DNA of 64,000 bases, from positions 1 through 64,000 of the forward strand of contig CAJFCJ010000016.1 of assembly GCA_904063045.1 (NCBI GenBank). Reading direction: 5' to 3'. The notes under the pieces are model-generated. The model saw nothing but the letters and a program-made list of their open reading frames with translations. It ran no database searches and was not told where the DNA came from. Shown here piece by piece: positions 26,801 through 38,338 of the stretch; the stretch's first letter is position 1, and every line of letters begins with the position of its first letter. Both the position numbers and the translations under genes were made by a program. Source of the DNA: Dimorphilus gyrociliatus (Eukaryota > Animalia > Annelida).

Positions 26801-29614
26801 AGCGGAGAAAAGGATTTAATGAGTTTGAGATTCTATTGTTTAAATTTGAAGAGAAATAGTAGCTGTGCATCATATCGTCCTATTTTAATTTGGAAGGGAA
26901 AAGAATTACCCTTAAATATCACTTTAGAATATAACGGAAATCCTCATTTTATTTTATTCACCTTAAAAGAAAATCAAACGGAGTTTAAGGTTCGTATAAT
27001 TCGAGTGTGAAAGCATAGTCAATTTGGACTAAAGAAGGAAATCAATTATGACCGTTGAAATACGGCAAATATAGCCTTGATTTTAATATATTTCTTGCCC
27101 CTGTTTACATTCTCTCAGTTGCCAGAGCGCTTTCAAACTTCTATTTATTTTAATATATTCGGGTCGCTGATATTTAAATACAAATCTTAATTTTCAGGTT
27201 GGAAAAAAAATCATCTCTTATTCGATGCGATCATGGGACAAAAAAAATATTAAATATTGGATTGACTCTATAACTATAGGAGATTTGCAGTTCACAGGAG
27301 ATATATCGAGTAAGAAATTAGTTTCACATATAATGTGTTCTTGACGTAAAATTTATTGCACTTTTCAAAGACGTGAAAATTAAAACGGGAACGGAAGTTA
27401 TCGAACCAATAGCTGAAATTTTCGAAAGACGGAATAACTTTGAAAAATTGAATAGCTTGTACTTTATCAATAGAAGCCTTATTGAGGAACCAATTCCTTT
27501 CTCCTCTAAGATTATGCTTGAGCCAAATCTTACATCAGTAACTTTATTTATTTAATCTCTTTCGAAAGAAAATTATTATTAAATCCTTCAAGAGTTTGTC
27601 GATATTCTATATCATTATTTGCAGATTATATTTAAACGTCCAATTTCCTCCAAAAATAAATCCTTTGGCGAATTCTTGATTCATGCAAATAAAGCTTTGA
27701 AGACTGTCCAGTCTGAAGGTAAAGCTCAAGATGGTGTTAAATTTCACTCCGTTATTGGTAAGTATTGAAACAAGCTATATTTTTACGAATAAATTTGGCG
27801 CCTTTATAATACGTTTGTTTCTTTAATGAATATGCTTTGAATACTAAAAAGTTAACACTAGCCTTGTATTCAAAGAACTAGATTATTTGTACCTTTATAT
27901 TTTACTACTATTTGAATGTTTCATGTCACATTTATCGCTTAAAATAGGAGTGGTGATATGTGTATCTACAATTGGCGTACTTGTTGCCATTCTCGGATTT
28001 GTTATCTATCGCTCTCGGCCAAGAAAACCAAAATATTGCAATACGGAAGAAACTGAAGGACTTATCGTTATGAATAGAACATTTAGAAGTAAGGAAAAGC
28101 TTGACGATCGTAAGTATGCGAATTTATTTTCGTACCATAGTAAATGTTAGTGTTTGATATTACTACCAGAAGCAGAGTGTGACTCGAATAGCGATGAGCC
28201 AAAGATAATTATATGTCCTAAAGTTCCAGGAAAACTTCCATCTTTCTATCCCGAAATAGAAAATTTCGTAAGTAACAATCTGAAATAAAATTTAATTCGC
28301 ATTATCTTCTATCTTATGAACAATATCAATAAAATTTGCAGCCAATGATAGATGAAGACGTCATAAGCCCTTTAATACCATCTAACGCAAAACAAAAACA
28401 AGCTGAAAGTGATTCTATAATCTCTTCTGAAGGACAATTAGAGTGGGACAACTCCTGTTTAAGTAAACCTAATCAGGTTGGCACTAATAATTGATAATAG
28501 AATCAAAGGGAAATTTTCAAGTAGCTACATATGGAGCGCAGAACGTTATCATAAAAAAAATTGCGATTGATAGTTATTCGTTTACGCATCTTTTAAAACT
28601 AAAAGTACTTGCCAGTCAGCTTATTGGAAATATCAAATCATACATTAAATATTCTTTCTATTGTTGATTATTAGACTATAATAGTTGTAGAATGCTTATT
28701 TAGTGCTACATCAACCATGTGATATGTTTTCTGCTTGGCCTATTTCAAATGATTATAAATCACACACACTTTGCTCTACAGATTGATCCAAATCTCTGGT
28801 GGGATCCTTACGCTTTAGAGCAAGATCACCAAGTAAGTTAGTTTGCTATCCTTCACTGTTCAATTCAAAGAAAATTTTTTTTTTTTTTTGATTTTAAAAG
28901 ATGATTTAAATGACTTGTAAAATTATTAAGTTTAATTTCGTATTTCAGAAGATGGACATAAAAGACAGTAGTGATAATATAAATAAAGCTATTCCGATGA
29001 GGGATATTGACGAGGATCTCTCAGATGGTTTTCCATCCGTAAGAAATTATATTGGGCAGTTTATATAGCTAACTAATTTTTTCTTTAGCAAATGAAATTA
29101 TTTCCTGTTGAAGTGGAAGTTCATTGTGAGCTTAAATCTATGGGATCTACCAATTCAGATGATTCCTGTCATTATGAAGAAACTGCATCTAAAGTATGAC
29201 TACAAAATTGCATATTGCACAAGATTTAAAATAATTTTATTGTAGGATGTGAGAGACCAATATATGCTGGCAGGAAAATACAGTTCATCGTCAAGTAGCG
29301 AAGAAAGCTTGTTTGAGAAAAAAGGTGAAGCCAACTTCCTTGATGACTCAGCAAAACTCGACAAAGATACTCTCGAAAAAATAAATGCTGAATTTAATGA
29401 GCACTATTCAGATAATGTGCAAAATGAAGACAATAAACAAAGTGAAATTGAAGATGCTAATATACGCTTCAACTCATACTATTCAGACGACAATGCAAAA
29501 TCCATAAACGACCATCAAACAAACGGTGAAATTAGTAAGAATGTAAATGAATCTACAAGTGGAGTACCAATAGATAATGATGCTATGGAGAGGAAAAGGC
29601 TTCGTTTTAAGTAG
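20875..29614 (+). CDS. Neurexin/Caspr/axotactin-superfamily single-pass receptor (LamG and EGF repeats, fibrinogen-like module, TM, long acidic tail)
   Basis: Signal peptide MKKTNLFVVLSIFLLG; LamG motifs (LNDNRWHKI, FDIRTFSENG, FIGCL); EGF repeats (C..GICINRYDHIECDCFGTKYYGDTC); Caspr-type SCQEYADIGLNETGFYLMDLD; TM IGVVICVSTIGVLVAILGFVIY. Confidence 0.8.
25574..25768 (+). other. Putative 195-nt phase-1/phase-1 cassette exon inside a LamG domain
   Basis: Acceptor aaaag|TC and donor G|gtataa; open in the frame of both flanking exons. Confidence 0.55.
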
Positions 29615-29818
29615 CAGTGTCATTTAGTTTTCTTCTTTCTGCCGAATTACATGTTAAAGGGAACAGCTAATTTATAATATATTGTAATATAATATATACT
29701 CTGCTGAATAGTTGATCTTGACCGTTTATTATAGATATTTAAATAAATAAGTATATAAACATTATGTACAAGGAGTCAATATAGATATTTAAAATTAATT
29801 GTAAAGTTCTATCGAACG

Positions 29819-31491
29819 TCAATAAAAAGACAATAGCATGGTACAATAGTATCTTTGATCATTCTTTACATCTCTACCTGTGCAAGTAATGTTTGATGGA
29901 TATTTTTCCATCAATATATAAATATTGTTTATTCTGTTGGAGTAGGTACAATTGGGATAAATTAATCTATCATCAATTGCTTTGAACATTGGTGGCTTGA
30001 ATTGCCTCGAATTATTATTAACGCGTAGGGTATCGGGACAAATTTCATTTTCAGGTACTGGGCCATCATATTGACCTACAAACAAGAGGCGTGTATGAAA
30101 TTTGATAACAAATAAAGAATATGGAAAATAATACTATAACAAGTATCCAAGTCATTTCCAGAGAAAAGTAAAGTATCGTTTATCATTTCGCATCGTCGTA
30201 CTTCGCAGCAAGATTTATAATCAAGAGGAACAATGAAAGATTCTTCGCAAGTATAGAAGCAAGTTTCGTTCGAACCATGACCGGAACAATTAACATATCC
30301 ATGCCTTGGTTTTGGAATTCGTTTACAAGACTTTGAGTTTTGTGAGAAGCTCACTAGAAATTTAAATAGAAATCGTAAAGTCAACTTATTCAAAAGAGAC
30401 GTACTTGTCCTTGCTGCTATACTTTTTCTGATACTTGTTGAATAGGGGGCATAAGTTGTCCGATTGGTAATAAAATCTATAAAATTAGACTTAATTGTAG
30501 ATCCTTCTGCAGCCATTTTACACTCAATATAACGATATTGATCTCTTAAAAGCGGAGTTGTGTGAAGTTCCGAAATAATTTTCCATTCAAATTGATATTT
30601 TCCAAGGAGGCATTTGATGCGAATTCTTCTTCGATTCTTTTTATAATATAGTTCAAGTTTACCTTTACAGAAAGCCTCGCATTCGGAATTAATTATATAT
30701 TTATTCCCACAATTAAAATTTACTGAACCATGTTTAAGTTGATTAGAAGAACATTCACTATGCATATTAACTATAAATATTTATATATATATATATATAT
30801 AATACAATATACAGTATATTCAATCTATGATAACTTGATCTGCAACTATATACGTATTGAAATATCTTACTTTTTATTCCAAATTTTATAATGCAACTAT
30901 TTTCGTAACCTAATTTATCGTAAACTGACCAGATAGAATAATAAATCCACGTATGACTTCCTTGATGGAACTCAATGGATCTATTCTTAATGAAATTAGG
31001 CTTAAGATTATTATAAAGGCTATTAGAGCAAATTCTCTTGGAACCAGCTCTATAGGCAGGTTTAAAATATTTTCCTTTTTGACAGGATTGTTTAGGTATA
31101 GGATAGCATCTCATTTTAGAAGAGTAAATATGGAAAAAAGTAACGTTTGATGGACAAATATAATAATCATCTCCACCTGAATAGAATAAGAAGGATAAGG
31201 AGAGAGAAAACAAAATTAAGAAGATTAACTTTAGTCTAAAAATATTCCATACATAATTCCTTGTGTCCTTGAATCTCTTCTTTAGAAATCAACCTAGACT
31301 TTTCAACACCTGTTTGTATTACTATAAAAAGAATATGAATTTATATATATATCTAATATATGCATATAAATATTAATTTGCTTACGTATTGAAATAGTTA
31401 TTATAACAGATACGGCTGTTATAAAGGTACTAAAGTAGGTTACACAATCATTGAACTTTGCGTAAAAATTATTATTATCCTTATTTAGCAT
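29819..31491 (-). CDS. N-terminally anchored HYR-like / sushi protein (HYR-sushi-S/T linker-sushi-HYR)
   Basis: Exons join by phase-1 introns: MLNKD...VTYFSTFITAVSVIITISI/LIQ...KEL/CGDDYYICPSNVTF...SIWSVYDKLGYENSCIIKF; sushi CKRIPKPRHGYVNC...TCFYTCEE; terminal ICPDT...TCTGRDVKNDQRYYC. Confidence 0.7.
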
Positions 31492-31576
31492 AATTTCAAA
31501 AGAAAGAAAGTAAAATATTCAAATTATTGAAAAATAATAACAAAATAAAGAAAGAAATAAGTAAAAAACAAATAAA

Positions 31577-34292
31577 ATGAAGTCCTTTTTTAGTAAATTG
31601 AAAAAAGGTTTCAGCTCTAATTATAGATCTTCTGAGTTTTGGATACAGTACTTGGTCGTAATAGCCCTATTTCTCAGCTTGGTGTCACTAATTTCACGTA
31701 TTTATTATATTATTATTGTTATTAAAAATAAGAAAAAGAAAGATATAATTGTCCTTCTCCCATTTCCTCTCTATTTCCAAGGCTTTCTAGTCGATTTTGA
31801 AACGGAAAGCATAAAGTTTTGTGACTTTAAATGCCCCAAACAGCGTCTAAACGTCGAGATTGACAGAGAGGCGTGTTATGAAACGCCTAAATGCAATTGC
31901 TGGTACGTTTCTCTTCTTCTATTGGGATATATTTGTGAAAATCACGTGATTGAGGCCCTCATACTTGTGCCTTAATGGATCGAAGGGCAAACTCAATAAT
32001 CCTCATAAACCTATATATAAACTGTAGAGCAGATAAATACAAAAAAGGTTTTGAGGGGAGGGGTTTAAAAAAGAAAACAGTTGCGTGATGTCCACTAAAT
32101 ATTTCCATCAAAAGAAGAAAAGAGTACATCATAGTATATTTTAAAGGGTAGTAGGAAAATGGAAATGACAAAAAAAAGTGAAGTAGGCCTATTATGATGT
32201 TCATTTCAGCAAGTTAATGGCATTTAAGTATGGTTTAAGGCGTTGTGAAGAACCTAAACAAGATGGAATATTCCAGAGTATTTGGCAGTACAGATTAGAA
32301 GGAGATTACAAAATTCACGAATGCATAATTGAAATTTACGTAAGACGGCCAAAGTATAAGGCAATTTATTCGTCAAGTATGGTTAATTTGTCGACAATTC
32401 ATACAACTTTATTACCTGGTAAACAAATTAAATTCATTTTGAATAAGTAAAAAGAGATAAAAAAAAATCATGTTAGACGCCTCCCCCTTTTTAGACGCTT
32501 TTTGTTTTCTTTTAAAAAAAATTCTGTTCTCTTTATTCAATTTTGTAAATAAGAACATCTCGCTTACTAATTTAGTTAAACTGTGCAAAGAACCAAAACC
32601 TATTAGAAACGGCGAAGTCGAATGTCTCGCTAGTAGAAGGGGAGAGAAAAATCAATATGAAGAAGGTACAAGATGCTTATACAGGTGCAATAAGAATTAC
32701 AAATTATCTAGGCTTAAGAAAGTTAAACACTTGGATTTTATTGAATGTAAAATTGACGATAAGAATAACGATCGACTGGGTTGGAGTAATGAATTAGACT
32801 CGAATGAAGCTGGTTGTGTTCGTATGTATATTTAGGTATTGAAAATCTAGAAGTCTTTTTCAACTTTAATTAAATTATAGAAGTGGAAGACTTTCCAGTT
32901 TGCTTCCAAAATTGTAATGCTAATGAAATAGTAAATAAGAGTATCTTACAAGGTTTTACAATATCTGAAAGAGAATTTTTTAACAAAATACCCAAGTTTA
33001 AAAATCGTCAGAATAGAACTCTTTCAACCAGATGTAATCCTCTACTGCCTAAAGAATTTCACAACAATCAATTTCTTCCCTACTATTATAGATGTTTCGC
33101 GGAAGACGACAAGATACAATCTAAATCAATTGACTATTGGATAACCCTTTATATTTATCGTACGAACATTTCTATTTCTTTTCGTTATCCCTTATTCTCT
33201 TCTCTCTTATCTTAAAAAGTTATATATAATATTTTTGGCCTAATTTTTACCCTTTCTTCTCCCTCTTTCTCCTACTTTAGCTATAATCTGCCCTAATCCT
33301 AAAAGTAGTTTGATTACTAAGGAGCATGGAATTAATCCAGTTGTCAAATGTGAAAGTTTATGGGATATTAATAAAGGCAATGCAAAGCTAAATCATTATC
33401 CTTTAAGAAGACATAGGCAATGTACCGAAACGTGTAGTAAGCAATATCACGTTTCCTCTTTTAGACATACTAGAATCGTTCACATATGTACTGATTATGG
33501 AAAGTGGCGCCCAAAATTTAAGAATGTTTTCTATTGCATGAGTAAGTTAACTAACTAACTAACCTCTCGTTAAAAAAGAAACACGAATAAGATAACTATA
33601 GATGGCGTTGTATTATTACATTAAAACTCACATTTCTGTTTGTTTTCTTTAGAAAAGCATCATCCAAGAATTTATATAGTAAATATGAAAATAAATAAAC
33701 ATAGCCATTTAAAAAGCAATTATTGCGGTTCAAAACTGGAACTTAAAGAAACTAGAAGATTAATTCTAAAATTATTTAATAAGAATATTATAAATAGATT
33801 TAAAACAATAAAAAAAATTGTAAAATGTGTAAAGTCTACAAATAATCTAAATTTAAGGATAATATTTAAAGTATTTATAAAATATTCGATAATACCAGAA
33901 TTTAGTAGAATATACTTTCTAATGGAACATTTTATTACTTCAACTTTTATAAATCATTTAAATAGTATTGAAAATAACTATTGGAATACAGGAAATAGTT
34001 CTTATGAATTTTTAATAAAATGCGATAAAAGGTTGCAAATTAACTTAAAATCTAAATATTGTAGTAAGTAATTCAATAAATTACTTATTCTTTTAATATA
34101 CTATATTTTTATATTTGTTAACTGTTTATAGTTGGCTGCCCTAAGGGTCATTTCTTTGATAAAGCTCAGTTGGAGTGTAAAAAATGTAAAAAGAATTATT
34201 TTCAAAGTGAAGATGAAAAAGGTTATTGTACTCCTTGTCCCAAATACTTTCAAACTGAATATGAAGGTTCTACAACATGCGTTCGAATTTAG
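31577..34292 (+). CDS. N-terminally anchored SVEP1-like module protein (HYR-sushi-HYR-sushi-spacer-ephrin-receptor-like Cys repeat)
   Basis: TM WIQYLVVIALFLSLVSLIS; sushi CKEPKPIRNGEVEC...GTRCLYRCNKNY; terminal GCPKGHFFDKAQLECKKCKKNYFQSEDEKGYCTPCPKYFQTEYEGSTTC. Mostly phase-1 introns; exon use in 31905-32209 unresolved. Confidence 0.72.
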
Positions 34293-34831
34293 ATTATGAA
34301 GTATTCTTTTCCTCATCTTCTAATTAATTAATAATAAGATTAGTTTTACTTATGATACTTAATACTTTCTAATTATAATTGTAATAGTTTCCCTATGATC
34401 TTACTCTATTTATAGACTAAATCCTCTTACATTTAAAAATAAATATTACTGTGTTACTTAGATGTAATTTTTACATTTTTTTTCATTATGTTTTTTTTAA
34501 ATAAAAAGAATAAAAAAGTTCTTTTTTTTTTATTAACAAAAAGTCTTTAATAGTTTTTTCCATGGAAAAAAATATCAACTATAAAATTCCGAAGACAAAT
34601 ATACTAATTTAGATGTCAAGGTCTTAGCTGTTTTGTAATCATTGTTAAATTCTATTAAATTTTCTAGTAAGTTTATCGAAAAATTATTAGCAATTTTTAT
34701 ATGTAAAATATTGATATTAAATATGATAAAAATAGTTTAGATTAACTTTGGAGAAACTATATATAATATATATGTTGCCTATTTTAGAGTGATTCTTTAA
34801 ATTTCGTTTCATACAGACTCCTGGTTATGAC

Positions 34832-37800
34832 ATGCTAAAGGAAATTATGAGAGGACTTGAAGATGATGCTACCGCTAGGCTAGCTAGTATTCGGTGCATG
34901 AAAAAGTGTATTAAGAATATTCGGGATGGACAGCCTTATCCAGCAAGCATGTGTCATGTTCCAAAGTACTACAAGTATAAAATAGGGCTCTTGGAACAAT
35001 CTCAAATTAAAGTATACGACGCTCCAGAAGGACAGGAAATAGATACATTACGCTGCTCTTCCACTTCTGTTTTGTACATTGATGGAGACGAAGTTTATAC
35101 TAGCTCAGGCATTTATGGGAAATTGATAAAGGTATTCGATTTCAATATCAGAAGAACAACAAGAACAAACTTTCTTTTCAGTTCAAATTATCTTCCACTG
35201 GTACTATAGCTGAGATCGATGGTTTTGTACAAATAGTTAGTGTTGACAAGGACACAAAGGCAACAGAATCTAATCTACACATGGTAGTAAAAGATGAACT
35301 AAGCCCTACTCTAAAAAATGTCTGCCTTTTTTTTAAATGCAAACATTACAGGTACGTTTGGCTTTAAATACTATAAATGTTATATAAAAGTATGTTGACT
35401 TTAAATATCTGAATATTATCTATTTAGTTGGCAGAAGGCTGTGGAAAACGAATTTTCGTGTGGCTCTCCTAAAGTCAACAATATGATTGAAAGTCATGAA
35501 GAAGCTACTACTGCTTTAGAAAAGTATCCCGATGGTTGGACATACGATCATGATATTGAACTTTTAAAATTTTTGTCTGATCCTGAAGTTTTGAAATACT
35601 GTGGACATGCTGAAACAACGAGAAAATCCATAAAAAATATAGATGTCTCCTCATATAGTGACAGTTATAGCGATAAAGATCATCTTATAGATGATAATCC
35701 TGAAACATTTTGGGAGAGCGACGATTCTTCTACTCATTGGATCCGATTAACAATGGAATATAATGTTATTATAAAGTAAGATGCCCATATTCCAAAAATT
35801 ACTTCTTTTAAATTCATTGAATAATAGATCCTTATCGGTCATGGTTGCTGAGGGTGACGATAATTACTTTCCTAAAAGAATATGCGTTAAAGTTGGACCA
35901 TCATTAGAAAAATTACAAGAAGTTCGAGAAACAAAGCTAAATTAGTAAGTCATCATAATCTATGCAATCATAATAATATATACACACGCAAACTAAACAT
36001 AATCTGTATTAACAGCACGTCAACCGTCGGAGTTCGAGAGGTAACAATTCTTGGTGAACAATTAGAATTCCATCCTATTATTCAAATTGAAATTAAAGAG
36101 TGTATGGGTATGTACTAAATAATAATCACGTAATGAAGTTATCTTCTCTTGTTAAAAAAATGTAACATTTAACATTTAGAAGATGGTATTGATACTAGAA
36201 TTAGGGGTATTAAAGTAAGAATTGAAAAGAAGAGAAGTCAAGAATTAGCTGTATATACATTCAAAGACATTATGGAAGTAAAATTTCCCAGGCTTATAGA
36301 TTTTGACCTTGCTATTTTGAGACGAAGGGTACTGCTATTAACGAGGTGAAAAAATTTGATTATAATCAAAATGTTTTTTCAACATCTTCATGTTTTTTAA
36401 AGACTGGTAGCTCTATTCGAAAGTGTCGCCAAGTTCTTAATACCGAACTGGAATAATAAGCCTACTGAACCCTGCAAATTGATACAATTAATGAAGCCTT
36501 TCTATTCGCTATCGGTAAAAAGATTAGATATTGTTGAGGAGCTTCTTCACCTATCCGAATACGATAATTCAAATGGCGAGTGCCCATCTCTTCATATTAA
36601 TAGGCTAAGTAAGACTGAGCATAGAGCTGATCCAAGAGCTGATCCTGAATGTCGAAAAACGGTATTTGTTCAAGTGTATGATGGCTTATTGAAAGCAGAT
36701 TTAGAAAATTTCGATTATAGGTAGAGTTTTCATTAGTTATAATATAAGTGCTTTATTAAGCCTTATTTCTCTTTTTACTATAGATGGGGATCAAATAGTA
36801 GATCCCAATGGTGGGAATGCAAATTTACTCAAGAAGGAATTATTGATCAAGGAGGAGGATTTAGAGATAGTCTATCTGATATTGCTGAAGAGCTCTGCCC
36901 TCCCGCTGATAGTCCTGATTTACTTCCACTGTTCGTTAGAGCTCCAAACCAAAGAAATGCGTCAATGAATATATATAAAGATGCCTTCGTGCCTAGTCCC
37001 TCTTGTACATGGTTTAAACGTTACGAATGGTTAGGTAAATTAATGGGAGCGTGCTTCCGTAGTAAAGAGAATCTTGTGCTGAATCTCAGTCCCTTTGTTT
37101 GGAAAAAGCTATGTGGAGAGCCAGTCAGCTGGAACGATTTCGCAACTGTTGATGATAGTGATGTTAAAGTTTTAAATTCTATTGAATCTATGAGTGAAGA
37201 AGAATTTCAGGCTTTTTTCGGAGGTGAAGTGTATTGGACGGCCATATTTAGTGATGGAAGCGAAGTTGAACTTAGTTTAGATGGATCACATACTCCTGTA
37301 ACATATGAGGAAAGAATTGATTATTGTAACGCAGTTAAAAGAGTAAGAATGGCGGAAAGCGACAAACAAATAGATGCTATTAGACGAGGTCTTCTAAGCG
37401 TTGTTCCTCAATCGGCACTTGATCTTCTTAATTGGGAAGAAGCTGAAAGAAGGGTTTGCGGTGCTGCAGAAATAACTATGGATTCCCTAAAGAGTTCTAG
37501 TAATTTTTTCTATTATTTTTTTTTACTTTCAATTAATTAACATTGTAATTGTTTTCAAAAGCTCACTTTGAAGAACTTATGGAAAATGATTCGAGAACAA
37601 AATATATGTGGATGGCTCTTGAAAATTTTAACGATGATGAAAGAAGCCGATTCTTGAGATTTGTTACTGGACGAAAGCGATTGCCCGCCCCGGTTTATAT
37701 ATGTTCGCTCAAAAATGGAAATGAGGAAGATATCGACTCTCTTCCAGAATCTTCAACATGTTCAAATACACTTTATTTGCCTAAATATTCTAGGTATTAC

Positions 37801-37967
37801 TAAATTATTAATCAATAATTTTTTAATAGTTTTCAAAACTTCTTTTTTCTCTGTATATATATATTTCTATGTTTAACAGCTCTTCCAAATGCGAGGAAAA
37901 ACTACGATATGCCATCTACAATTGCTTGGCGATAGATGCTGATATGATGCCTTATGATATGGAATAA
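34832..37967 (+). CDS. HECTD3: E3 ubiquitin ligase HECTD3 (DOC plus HECT)
   Basis: DOC domain IDVSSYS...[15 protein letters not shown]; [32 protein letters not shown]; [15 protein letters not shown]; [14 protein letters not shown]. Confidence 0.95.
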
Positions 37968-38338
37968 TTATCGATGGTAATATTTTCTACAAAGCTGTAT
38001 GCACTCTCATTAAATATTTCAAATAGTCAAATCTGGACAAATGAATTTAAATCTCAAAATTAATTTATTTTAAAATATACTTTGATATGATTATTTTTGG
38101 GCTCATTAATGCTGGCATACCAACAAACACAATTTTATTTTATCTATACGACATGTAATACTTAAAATTTTATGCCATTCAAGTTATATATTGTTCTATA
38201 TTGTTTATTGAAGTAATATTTTAATAAATTACTGAAATGAAAACTTTCGTTCAATGGGTTCGATAGGAATATATGGAATACGTAACCATATTTCGAAATA
38301 GTCAACGAATCACTTTTCTCCACCTGAAGATAACTAAA

